Assembly (NCBI GenBank): GCA_951804945.1
Contig: OX638159.1
Span: 29,636,001 to 29,700,000, forward strand
Reading direction: 5' to 3'
DNA length: 64,000 nt
Source of the DNA: Podarcis cretensis
Lineage: Eukaryota
Both the position numbers and the translations under genes were made by a program. Positions 12,871-25,490 of this stretch are shown one piece after another; position 1 is the first letter of the stretch; every line of letters starts with the position of its first letter. Under the pieces are notes generated by a model. The model saw nothing but the letters and a program-made list of their open reading frames with translations, had not been told where the DNA came from and did no database searches.

Positions 12871-15800
12871 GTAGAAGTAGTCATTGATCTACTTCTTGCA
12901 CCTCCAGATGGTGGAGATGTCAGGCAGCATCCAGGCGCCTAGGCATCTTCACTTGGTTGCAAGTGGCCAATAGCCAGGTGCAAAATGCACCTGCCACCTG
13001 GCAAATTTCAAACACTGATGAAAAGCCTTACGTAGCTATGTTCTATAATTTTTCAGCTTACAAACTATGCTGTGTCCCTTTTTAGATTTCTTGTTCTATC
13101 TTAGTCCTTAAATAAATAAAATAGTTTTAGCAATAGACTTGCATTATCCAAAATAAAATAAAATCATTACAGGTTTCTACATATATTGTAACTGACCTTC
13201 AAGCTTTAGGATGTGTTGATTCAAAACCCAAATAAATAGCCAGGTGCTGTTTGGTGACACATGCCTTTTCATTTAAGCCATGGATGGAGAATTAGATGCA
13301 CTGATAGCGGCTGATAGATATCAAGAAACCCAGAGTTCACACTTCATTAAAATGCAGGTTAAATTCTTTAAAGATAGCCATTCAGGTATCTTGTGTAATC
13401 TTCTATCAGGATTGTATCTCCATTTCAGTTTGTAAGGCACTACCTGTTTGGAATAGGATAAAGACCCATTGTTATTGTCAGACCTGTTTCAAGCTAAATA
13501 TTCTTCTAGTCCTTTGTGGCTGCCATTTTTTATCAGGCATTCAGAACAGCTTTCCTTTGCTGATCTGCCATTTTCGGACATATCACTGTTTCACTTGTAT
13601 GATTTCTGGTGAGACAAGCTCAGACCTGGCTGCTTTTCTCTCAATAACAGAGAAAAGAAATGTCTCTGGTGCCTACTCTGCAGAGAAAGTTCATTCATGT
13701 GTAAATTATCAGTTGGCCTTTATTTGCTTGGCCTGTGGAGAGTACACATGCAGATAAAAGGCTCTGTGGGTCAGGGTTTAGTACATGCAGGTTTCTCCAG
13801 TGGCCACAATGGCACTGTTAGAATTGTTGTCAAAGATTATCAGACAGGCTAGGATGTCTTATCATTATTTACTTGCAGTTTACAGAGTTAAAATAAAATT
13901 CTGCAAGCAGGATTCTATTAGAATGTTAGAACAAAATCCACAGCATGACTACTATAAGAAGTACCTTTCTTAATGAGAAATATATAAATATTCATACAGA
14001 TCTGTTTAAGAATATCTATTTATTAATATCACAATGTTTCTTTACTTTATTATCCGCCTACCTCTACCAATAATAGAAAGCAGTTTCATTGCAGTGTCTT
14101 CAAAATTGTTGTCTTCCTTATATGTATAGCTGCTAATGTGACTATTGAATCATGGGGAACTGCCTTAAATATGCTAAGATATTTATTACACAATTGTATA
14201 TTCTGTGGTGATGTTTGCACTGGCATAAGAAGTAGGTAGCAGCTGCAGTCTATGTGAGGCTGCAGAAAAGTTGTTTGATCTACAAGATCAGTAGCCTGTT
14301 ACTTGGTTGCCTTTCATTGAAACATAATCAAGAATCATTAAGGCCTATTAGCAGCTGTGTTGTAAGTACATTTTATAATGCAGTTCTCAGAGCCCCAGTT
14401 ATCCTTACTAAAGTAAAGTTGTTAAGCTACAACTGTCTCTTAGTTACAGGAGGTTGATCATAAATGAGATAGGATACTAAGCTTTTGAAATGGAAATTCA
14501 AGACCCACAGGATTTGATCCATCAGGTCAGCTTCAATTCAGACATTTGGGACCAACCTGCCATTGAATGGCTGGTACCCAAGGTCATAGCTGGAAAGAGC
14601 ATTATTAACATATCTGCATATATTTGTAATGTTATCATGAAAAGAAAAAAAAATCCAGAATGACAAAATCGTTTCACATTAGTTTTATTTTTTCCTTCCT
14701 AATCATTTTCTTGCCCTTCTTACTAGTGATATTTTATATTGGCTGCATTATTAGCATTCACATACTTAACTTTTGCTTGCTTTATTTTTAAAGTTGCCCT
14801 TTGAAATTATATTAGTGTTGATAGTTTGACATTGATTTCCTTCCCTTGATACTTTGTTATTTGGGCATTTTAAATGCCTAACTAGTTTCTCTAGAAGAAA
14901 AATGCCACACTATGTGAGATTGAAAACCTTATTTCTTGAATGTTTCCCGTTTGGCAGAAGGAAGGAGGTGGGTGTGAAACTCACTGAGAAGGAAGATCAC
15001 TTGGTTCTTCAGAAAGCCCTCAACACAGCCACTGGTGCAGGAAGAGAAAATTCTGCAGAACTAAATATTTATGGTGTCATACTTGCCCTGGCATTTAGAA
15101 TACATCTTATATGGTATAGTCCAAAATGCAGATGAATGAAAGCACTGAAATCAGTGATTGTGACAGATGTGAATAATACCATTATGATTGCTGTTGCAGA
15201 TCATTTAGATAATTAATCTTGTTTCTGCTTTTTGTAAAATGCTGTACAGTCTTATGTGATTACATAAATATGCCCATAAGCTAACAGAGCAGAAACTATC
15301 TCAATGGGGAATGTAAGGAGGGTCACATATGATTACATGGATTTAAGTAGAGTATGTTCCCGGGTACTTGTGTGCAAAATATAGTAGGTGTACATATCTG
15401 TGTGGGAGCCACTTCTGTGCAGCAACTTTCCAGACCTTCCCTGAAACATGTAACCTGGTTTATCATGCAAATCTTCATATGAGCTACCCAGAAAAAGCAT
15501 ATAGTACACTTCTCCTGATACTCCACCACTTCAGAATGCTGTGTCAAAAACTTCCAGGCTCTGGAAAGCTAACATGTCAGAGAGAATGTTTGTAATCTAG
15601 CACAGAGACATGTGATTCCCCTACCTGCATTCTGATGTGGATAATCAAAGGAGGAGTATAATATCCTCCCAATATATATATATATATATATTCAGTTAAA
15701 AGATTTCCAAATGGTGTGACAAAGGAAATCCATCACACATTCATTGACATCAAACCCATCCATTGGCATAAAAACTCCAGGCACCAGTGTCATCAGGCTG

Positions 15801-16084
15801 TGCAGTTGTTTAGTCCCTGTCACTCCCTGGTAATTATCAGGGAATCCACAGGTGGTTATTGAACCATCATTTTTTAATCAGTGGAAATTATTCATCTCTT
15901 TTCACACACAATGAGAGCTCAACTATGATATTACAATGTTTGGCACCGCTATAAAAAAATTTGCCTTGCTGAATTGGACAAAGTTCTAGTTTTGAATTCT
16001 GCTTCCAATAGTAGAAAGGTAACAAATAGGACATGAGAGTGATAGCCCTGTTTTATTCCTTTTTTGTGATGGGTGATATACTAC

Positions 16085-16480
16085 TTCTGAACATCGAGGA
16101 CCCACTTAGCACTCTTAACTAATAACAGTTGATAGATTTATCTTTCATGAATTTGTCTAATCCTTTTCATAGCCATCTAAGTGAGGGCCATTTCCCCAAT
16201 GTGCAGTGAATTCCATTACTTTTATATATTGTGTAAAGAAATATCTATTTCAGTCTACTACAGCCCATCCGTTTTATTGGATAGCCCAAGAGTCAGTACT
16301 ATATTGTGAAATAGAGATAATCTAGTCACTTACTCCACGTTGTTCATAAAGTAGTGTTCCCCTTAGACATCTTCTCCACCCCCAACACAAACTAAACTGG
16401 ACTTGCCTGTGGCTGCAATGTAAGTTTACATATTGGCATTATATTTACAGTTTTCTTTTCAATTCTTTTGTAAATGTTTT
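16085..16480 (-). mobile_element. Old CR1 LINE 3' fragment
   Basis: ttgatagatttatctttcatgaatttgtctaatccttttcatagccatctaag...gcagtgaattccat resembles the reverse complement of a squamate CR1 ORF2 end. Confidence 0.6.
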
Positions 16481-18836
16481 CTCTTCCTGGACATATGATT
16501 TCCAGTAAGCCTTTTCACTTCAAGATCTTTATCTAGTTGGCGGCAGCCAAGTTAGAGCCATGCACGATACAGATGTTTATTATGAATAAAATGCCTTCAG
16601 TGCCATAGTGTGCTTTCAAATGGGAGTGTAATATCACAAACACATATTTTGCAACAGGTTTTTTAAAAAACAACCTGTGAAATTTTCCATGAAAAATGTT
16701 CTGGGGGAGGGGATGACTTCATGTGAACTGTAGCAAATTTACACGCAATAAATAAATTAAATCAATAAATAAAGTTCCACAATAAATACCTGTCTGGAAC
16801 TACTACATTGGGCAAAGAAAGTGGAACCAAGGGTCTTTGGAAGAAAAACTAAACTTGGCAGAAGTCCTCCCAAGTACATTAGAGGAGCAGAGGGAAAGGA
16901 AAAGCATGCAAACCCAAAGCTTCATTCAGCTCACAGAGTCTTGTCCACTTAGTGCTAAACCATGGTTTAGTGTTGCATGTAAACTGGGCTACTGTTCTTC
17001 TGGCTCACTTCCAGCATCTAGTGAATGTAAATAAACATTTGTTATTGGTTTTTATATTTATATTTTTGCCTTTTCTTATAGTGAATTTGTGCTTTTTGTT
17101 TCCCAGTTTGTGCTCTTTTTCAATTTCCTCATGTGAGCACAATTTAAAAACAATTCCTCTTGCGATTCATAACTTCCTTAATTTGCGTTTTGTCTATGAG
17201 CATTCTTTGGCGCTTTTGAGTCTTTGCTGATGAGTCCTATAGATTGCTATTGAATCTGTATTATAGTTGTTTTATATAAACTACAAGCTTCGTAATGATA
17301 TTTCAACCTTCAGTACCTTCATTTTTTAGAAACTTCCCCTCCTGAATATTGATGAAGGAATATATTCCGCTCATATATGTATGATTGTGAAAGCACATTT
17401 GCACCTGATCTTGTGTACCGCTTAGGTTTAAATCAAGAATCACTTCTGCTCTTGGTGGTCCTTATTACCAAAATGTCATAAAACATCATTTATTATATCC
17501 AGAAATAACATATGAATTTACAATTTACAATTTATGCACTCATTTTTTAAACAGTTGAAGCCACTCATTAGTATTGCTTTTTCTACTTCAGCTACCTCCT
17601 TGGTTTATTTTTTACACCTCAAAATTAACATCGTGTTTTGGTGAGGGAGATTCTTACTTTAACCATAAGATTCTGCCAATAGAAGTTTGGAAAGAATTCC
17701 CGCCCCCCTTCAGATTTCTAACTTAATGGACTCTATACCTTCTTAGGATTTTAGAGGAACACTATCTTCAATAAACTTTCTCTATCCTTGTGTAGGTTTT
17801 AGATTTACTTTACTGCCAATACCCGATTAACAGTAGTCATGATGGACAGATATGAAACTAGAAAACAATGGAAACGATTTGTTAAATAGAAATACAGCTT
17901 GATTTAATTGAATTTATAGAAGGCTGTTGAAATCCATAGCTGTGTATCCATTAACACTGAAGTAGGCATTGTCACACTTTTTGAACTGTGACAAGCATCC
18001 AAGAACCATGAAACTAGTTCTATGAGCCCAGAGAAACATTAGATTTCTGTTCCTTGAACAGCATTTTCTCATGTTTTCTGGCAAACCGCTTTTGAAACTG
18101 AGGGAAGAATCAAAAGCAGCTTGTGATAGGATATGAAGGGGGTGTCAGGTGTCAAAGGAAAAAAACTTTACAATTTTATTCAGCTATCACAAGCCCCTTA
18201 CAAAACGCTATCCCAAGTAGCTGTTTAGATCCAAACATCTTTGAATTTGAAAAACAGATAAGTCATGAGCTATTTCATTTTAATAATATCAACCTGTTTG
18301 TACTGTAACAAAATGGTATTTGGCAGCTATCTATGAATACAAATATGTTTCATATCTATTATTATAGTACCTAATACACAAATATACCACTTTTCAGCAT
18401 ATTAACAACGCTTTGTGGCAATTTTCCTGAAAATATAGTTTATACATCTGTGAAGAGATGTAGATGAAATAATTATATGACAAAATAAAAATGCCATAGG
18501 TAACAAGCAGATTTGTTTATGAGTATAATAATCTTATTTACCATAATAACTAAACTCAAATATAAGTTATTTATAGGCCACATTTTCTGTTTTACTGCTC
18601 TAAAGAAGCACTTTTGACTCCTGAAACCAGTAGCATGAAAATTACAGCCCTGTTATATTGCAGGTGTACTATGTACTCTAAAAAGAAATAGACTGTGTAA
18701 ACCTTACAATACAGGTGAAACTCGAAAAATTGTGAATATTGTGAAAAGGTGCAGTAGCTATTCAATCCATAACACCTGCAATGGGTTCCTGAGCCTTTAA
18801 ATGGTCTCTCAGTCTGGTTCAGTAGGAAGCACAATC

Positions 18837-20134
18837 ATTGGGAAGGCTGCTGACCTGACAGTTGTGCAGAAAGCCATCACTGAGACCCTCCATAAGGAGG
18901 GAAAGCCTCAAAAGGTAATTGCAGAAGAAGCTGGATGTTCCCAAAGTGCTGTATCGAAGCACATTAATGGAAAGTTATGCGGAAGGGAAAAGTGTGGAAG
19001 AAAAAGGTGCACAAGCAGCAGGGATGACCGCAGCCTGGAGAGGATTGTCAGGAAAAGACCATTCAAACGTGTTGGGGACTTTCACAAGGAGTGGACTGAG
19101 GCTGGATTTAGTGCATCAAGAGCCACCACACACAGACGGATCCTGGAGATGGGCTTCAAATGTCGTATTCCTCTTGTCAAGCCGCTCCTGAACAAGAAAC
19201 AACGTCAGAAGCGTCTTACCTGAGCTAAAGAAAAAAAGAACTGGTCTGTTTCTCTGTGGTCCCAGTCCTCTTTTCTGATGAGAGCAACTTTTGCATCTCA
19301 TTTGGAAACCAAGGACCCAGAGTCTGGAGGAAGAATGGGGAGACACACAATGCCAGATGCTTGAAGTCCAGTGTGAAGTTTCCACAGTTTGTGTTTATTT
19401 CGGGAGCCATGTCATCAGCTGGTGTTGGGCCACTGTGCTTCATTAAGTCCAGGGTCAACGCAGCTGTCTACCAGGAGATTTTGGAGCACTTCATGCTTCC
19501 TTCCGCAGATGAGCTTTATGGAGATGCTGACTTCATTTTCCAGCAGGACTTGGCACCTGCCCAGACTGCCAAAAGTACCAAAACCTGGTTCAATGCCCAT
19601 GGGATTACTGTGCTTGATTGGCCAGCAAACTCGCCTGACCTGAACCCCATAGAGAATCTATAGGGCATTGCCAAGAGAAAGATGGGAGACATGAGACTGA
19701 GCAATGCAGAAGAGCTGAAGGCTGCTATTGAAGCATCCTGGTCTTCCATAACACCTCAGNNNNNNNNNNNNNNNNNNNNNNNNNNNNNNNNNNNNNNNNN
19801 NNNNNNNNNNNNNNNNNNNNNNNNNNNNNNNNNNNNNNNNNNNNNNNNNNNNNNNNNNNNNNNNNNNNNNNNNNNNNNNNNNNNNNNNNNNTGATATCTT
19901 GCTTTATCACTACCCGCAGGAGTCTCAAAGCGGCTAACATTCTCCTTTCCCTTCCTCCCCCACAACAAACACTCTGTGAGGTGAGTGGGGCTGAGAGACT
20001 TCAAAGAATTGTGACTGGCCCAAGGTCACCTAGCAGCTGCATGTGGAGGAGCGGAGACACGAACCTGGTTCCCCAGATTACAAGTCCGCGTTGAGGTAGT
20101 AATTGATGCAAAAGGGGCCCAAACCAAGTATTGA
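18837..20134 (+). pseudogene. Tc1 transposase pseudogene
   Basis: Paired-like HTH N-terminus (GKAADLTVVQK...CGRKRCTS), FSDES, QQDLAPA and WPANSPDLNPIENL, with 34 residues between the second D and the E. The C-terminus AKGAQTKY* ends at 20134. Lesions: probable ATG>ATT at 18837, TGA at 19221, 1-nt frameshift near 19262, TAG at 19661, and a SINE insertion plus gap at 19760-20086. Confidence 0.92.
19892..20086 (-). mobile_element. Squam3-type tRNA-derived SINE, 5'-truncated, nested in the Tc1 transposase
   Basis: The minus strand reads acttgtaatctggggaaccaggttcgtgtctccgctcctccacatgcagctgctaggtgaccttgggccagtcac...gttagccgctttgagactcc...gatatca. The tail runs into the N gap and the transposase frame resumes at 20087. 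Confidence 0.8.
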
Positions 20135-21776
20135 GTACATATGCATGCTTCTACTTCTCAGAGGTCCAATATTGCTCTATTTGCAATCCTTGTTTTGCTG
20201 ATTTCATTTAATATTTTAATTTTCTGGGATTGTTAATTTGGGGTTTTCATCAGCTGTATGCCATAATCATCACAATTATAACAAATAAAGGCTTGACATA
20301 TCTCGCTTTGCATGTCATGAGTCTATCTCATATATTAGTTTCACCTTTTAAGTTGAATTACTGAAATAAATGAACTTTTCCATGATATTCTAATTTTCCG
20401 AGTTTCACCTGTAATTGCTGCCACTGAAGAGCATTCTTACAATTTGCAAACAGCATAAGCCATAGAATAAAACTTTCATAAATAACATTTTTTAAAAACA
20501 CCTATTTGATCCTCTTATGCTATTTCTGATATTTGTGAATACTGTTAATACAGGTTATAATGTAGCAGAGAAATCAAATATATATTCTAGCCAGTGTAAA
20601 TTGTACAGTCACTACTGCAAGCTAATTTAATTGTTTCATCTGAAACACACTGAAGTTTGAGGTGATTTCAGTATCTTCTATTTAAACATTTCCTTGAACT
20701 TTTTTTTTTAGAATTAAAAGACTCCCTTTATATTTAAGATTCGTAAGACTTCAGCCCTCCTGAACCTATATGAGTTTTCTCTTGCTTTTCCAGAGGGATG
20801 ATTCTTGAATAGTTTGAATGGTCACACATCTACCCAGGACCAGTGTTGGTACCTGACACCCTTGGACAGCTGCCAGGGCCCAAGCACGCCTTTAAGCCCC
20901 ACTATTAACACCTGCCCTAGATCCCCTTTCCTTTGCAATTTGAATTTCCCACAATGCCTCTGAAGTAGTAGCGTTCTGGGGCATTAAGAGAAATTGTAAT
21001 GATGCTGCTTTGATTGCTCCAGCCATGTAAGCTGCCATGACCCACCAACAGAAAAGGGAGCTCTCCAGATTGCCCAAGGCACCCCAAACCCTGGACTGTC
21101 TCTGGGAATAAAATGTGTGATGCACCAACTTCCAGGTAGCTTCAACCATTGCAATGATACCAGTTTCACTAAAGATCTAGTCTGTCTGAAATACAGACTG
21201 CAAAGCTACAATTTTACCATCATGTTGATCAAAATTACCCTTTTCAATGCATATTATTTAGAAACATGCATCTGGGTTTACTGGGAGGATGTAGGTTTAC
21301 AGAGGTAGTTGGTGCCTATTTTGAAACATGTTGATATATGGCACATGTATGACTTGTGAGTTCAAATAATGATCCACATTAAGAAAAAGTCTAATTTTCA
21401 GAGTATCTTTATTAAATGTAGGCTGAGTAACAACTAAACCAGAACATATGGCATATCCTATTTTTAATGTTCAGTTATCAAACACTCAGTGGACTACCAA
21501 AAATAGTCACTATCATATCACTAAGAGTTATCAGTGCAAAGCATCTTAGTCATTTTGGCAACAGCAGCAAAAAAAACCCTAATGTAGAATGCTTTCCAAA
21601 GATAAATGGGAACGCTTTGATCCTGCTATTAGGCTTTGGGTTGTTTCAGACATTTGAAAATGTTAATTAGAAAACCAAATGCTCCTAATTTAGCACATTA
21701 TCGTTATAATGTTTAAAATTATCTTATACTATTGCATGTTTACATTATAGATCCATCTTTATTGGCTCTATGCTGT

Positions 21777-22127
21777 AAAAGGTAAAGGTAAAGGTACCCC
21801 TGCCCGTACGGGCCAGTCTTGACAGACTCTGGGGTTGTGCGCCCATCTCACTCAAGAGGCCAGGGGCCAGCGCTGTCCGGAGACACTTCCGGGTCACGTG
21901 GCCAGCGTGACATCACTGCTCTGGCGAGCCAGAGCCGCACACGGAAACGCCGTTTACCTTCCCGCTGGTAAGCGGTCCCTATTTATCTACTTGCACCCGG
22001 AGGTGCTTTCGAACTGCTAGGTTGGCAGGCGCTGGGACCGAGCAGCGGGAGCGCACCCCGCCGCAGGGATTCGAACCGCCGACCTTTCGATCGGCAAGCC
22101 CTAGGCGCTGAGGCTTTAACCCACAGC
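21777..22127 (-). mobile_element. Sauria SINE (Squam1 family), lacking about 14 nt at the 5' end
   Basis: Its reverse complement matches the 6561-6924 copy with 5 substitutions by manual comparison. (AAAGGT)n tail at the left; possible short TSD gctgt. Confidence 0.93.
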
Positions 22128-23859
22128 TGTGCTTCCCTTCTTTTTCTTCTGTTGAAATGTCAGTTTTTGCATTAACTTATACAGTCCTTTACAAACACTA
22201 AACTTCAATTTTCTAATGCTGCTGGTTTAGACTACTACTATTGGCTTCAATTAAATCTGCCACTTTTGCATCCAGCACTTTCTAGATGGTTTGCATCTTT
22301 CTGCAGAAGGTTTATCCTTTAAATTAGCATGGCATTTCACTGCACCACCCCATTTTTCAAAGCAGTATTATACAGGCAACATCCAATTTGTTGTGTATCA
22401 ATAACCCTCTATAAAGGCATGATCTAGACATCTTATATGGTTGATTTTTTAAAAAATTAAAAGCTTTTCACAAACTCTGTATTTAAAAATAAGTAGGTGT
22501 GCAACCACTGGAAAGTTTCATATAAGGGAATGTGGCCACTGGGCTAAAAAGGATTCTTCAATTCTGTTATACTGAACATTGAACTAGATAGGTGAACATC
22601 AGGAACTTTTTTTTTTTTGAGCAAGAGCCTCAGATCAAAGTTAAGACTTGGACTCTGCCTCCTGTAGAAAACACTGGCCGTCCCAGTCTACAGTGAATTA
22701 TTCTACCATTTATCTGCTGGGACTCAGCACCTGCCAAAGGAAAGGGCCATACTAACAAAGGTGCCATATTTCCTTTATAATATCAGTGATTGATACTGAC
22801 TGAAATTTAAACTATGTTTCGCATTTGGCCCCTCCAGACATTATTCTGTTTCCATGGCAGCATGTTCCTCAGACTAAGTCTGTCTCTAAAACATAACACA
22901 AAAACTTATTTATACAAAATGTCTAGGACTTGTTAAACAGAGCAACAACAAAACCCTATGGGCCAACACTTATTAGGCATAGAGGCAGTAGAGGTAGAAC
23001 TATATGCTAAACAGAACTATTTCTCCCTGATGCTACTTGTTTTTAGAACTACTTTTCCTTGGTGTTTGTTCATTGGTGTTTTGGCATTGTAACTTACATA
23101 TTTTATAGATGATGACATAGAATTGCTGTTCACCAATTTTTAGCTGATAACTTTTCCATTACAACATCTTGATTTTTATTGTAAACAAAACCTGGGACTT
23201 GTAATTATAGGTATGGTTTCGATATGATAAGTTGTAAAAACGTTTAAACATCTCTGCACAACAAGGAGACTTACTTTTGAGAATTAACACACACACATGT
23301 TACATGCCCCTTGTTATTCCACTTCACCTGAAAGGAATAGGATTTGTCTTTCTTTAGATTCTAGTAACAACTATCACAAGCAGATACAAAAAAAACAGAC
23401 AAATGTTGCCCAATTGTCTTGCAGTGTGACATACTCACCAGCAAATTTTAAGATGTTGTTTGGTTTCAAACAACACAGCTCAAGTAGGATAACTCAGTGA
23501 TTTTCTGTATGATGGAGATCACAGCACATTATTTTGAAATAATTAATTTTTGCTTCTGCTGAAAGTAGAAAAGAGACCCCCCCACACAGGTGGCTGTCAT
23601 TCTAGGGCCATTCCTTTAATGCTAATGGGACTGTTGTGATGCCAGTGTATTATGGACTCCACCCTAAGGACTTTATCAGGAGTCTCTGGATTATTTTGTT
23701 TCTATATACTCTCATCTGAAGACTCAAGATGCCAGAAAATGGGTAACTTCATTAAGTACATCTAGTTTCATTCACCTTGTAGACTTTTCATCAAAGCTCT
23801 TAACGAAACCCACAGCTGCTAGTATGCAATTAAAATATTAGTTTCTTTTGACTGATAAA

Positions 23860-24090
23860 GAATGTTTCATTTAGAACACAATTTAAACACATTGTTTGAT
23901 TCAAGAGTTGCAAACAGATTGTGTACAACAATGCCATCAGAACAAAACATCCTTTCACCAAGTACAGCTTCAGTTAAATAATTCTCATTTTAAAACTGTG
24001 ATTAATGAATGGATTGATTACTAATTAATACAATGAATGCTTTCAGCCGCATGTGCTAATTTCCATGTTAGCCCTGTTTGACAAAACTCA
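23860..24090. promoter_or_regulatory. Candidate conserved non-coding element (intronic enhancer)
   Basis: Non-repetitive AT-rich block dense in SOX-like (CATTGT, ACAAT) and homeobox (TGATTAAT, TAATTA, TGATTGAT-like) motifs, inside the presumed NR2F1 regulatory block. Conservation not tested. Confidence 0.4.
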
Positions 24091-25254
24091 TATCTGAAAG
24101 ACTTTTTGAGTTTACTTTGAACTACAAGCATTAGGCCACTGTGAACCATTTTTTATGTTTTAAGTTAGAAAAAATAAGGGTGGACTGTGATACATGTGAA
24201 ATAAAATAACACACTTATAGCTTGAATATATATATAGTTCATTTCCAGTCTGACATTCAGCTGTGGAATTGCAGTATTGAAAGCATTTTCTCCAATATGC
24301 TTTTACAGTACATTTTTTGCACATCTAATGTAAACTACTGATTCATTTGCAGAGCTGCAGCTTTTATCTAGCTTTTTCTCTTTCTTTGACTCATTGGATT
24401 ATAATAGGCACAGAGTTGTATTGATTACTATAACTTGCATGGGAAAATCTTTCTGCTTCAGATTGGCTATAAATTATAAATAATGTATCTCAAAAGGCTG
24501 TGTGTTAAAAGAAGCAATGTTCTTCTGAGACACTCTCATGTAAAGCTCTTAAGGCAGAGGTTATTAACTTTATGATTGCACTATTGGTGTACTTGACCCG
24601 TAGCAATGATCACTATCCATAAAATCGTAGACTAGATAACCATTGTCTGCCTTTTCCAGCAAAGTTCATTAGCAGAGACCACCAAAGATCACTCTAATAA
24701 GCAGAGGGTCAATATTCACTGCATCAGTATAAATTTGTTTGGTGCAACAATGAAGTTATCCTCCCTTCCACTCCACCTTAAAAAGCAGTGCTGTGTAATT
24801 GGGGTGTATAGATTTTGTACATATTGGCTGCTTCTGGACATAATGCTAAACTATTGTTTAGTGCAGAGATGGGGAACTGTATTTGGCTTGTGGTTTAGAG
24901 CCAGATGTGTGGGACTGCCTATCTGCCAATCATCTGATGTCAGGTGATTCAACATCAAAGGAAGAAGTGGGAGTGCACTCCCAATTCTTCATATCTTCCT
25001 TTGCAGCCCCAGCTTGAATTCAGTAAAACATAGTTAATATTAAGCAGAGTTTGAAGTTTGCTAAGCAGCTGCTAATTAAAAATGGAAGTGAAAACTTCAG
25101 ATCTCCTTGCAGCCACTCCAGAGCGGAGAAGGGAGCACATGAGTTCAAGGCTCGTGAACATAATGCTAAATTGTATTTTAGTATTTAACATCCCTTTAAA
25201 TTGAAACACATTTGCCATGTTAATGCTCAATCATCCAGTTTATAGTTTTACCAC

Positions 25255-25490
25255 TCTGAACAATTTGGTGTCACAACAGACTTGGCCCCCTCACTGCTCA
25301 CCTATAACTGCAGTTAATGTATGAACAAATTTAAAAGCACTGGTCCAGTGCAGGATCTTGGGAACCCCACTGTTACATCCTTTCATTGTGACAACTGTCC
25401 ATTTCCTACTCTCTTGGGTTCTTCAAATAGTTACTGACCTGCCTTCTTATCCCATGACCACTAACTTACTCCCCTTTTGGTTTTTGCCAA
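25255..25490 (-). mobile_element. Old CR1 LINE reverse-transcriptase fragment
   Basis: cttggccccctcactgctcacc...tatgaacaaatttaaaagcactggtcc...gatcttgggaaccccact. The minus strand matches the SGVPQGSVLGPVLFNLFI region of CR1 RT. Confidence 0.6.

Larger units (their letters stand above)
18712..20411 (+). mobile_element. Tc1/mariner DNA transposon (DD34E, IR/DR type), decayed
   Basis: Terminal inverted repeats CAGGTGAAACTCG...CGAGTTTCACCTG, flanked by TA at 18710-18711 and 20412-20413, around a transposase pseudogene. Confidence 0.95.

Noticed and set aside
17227-17260. CTGATGAGTCC, resembling a hammerhead ribozyme core
   Set aside because: No complementary stem II followed by GAAA, so the catalytic core cannot be completed.
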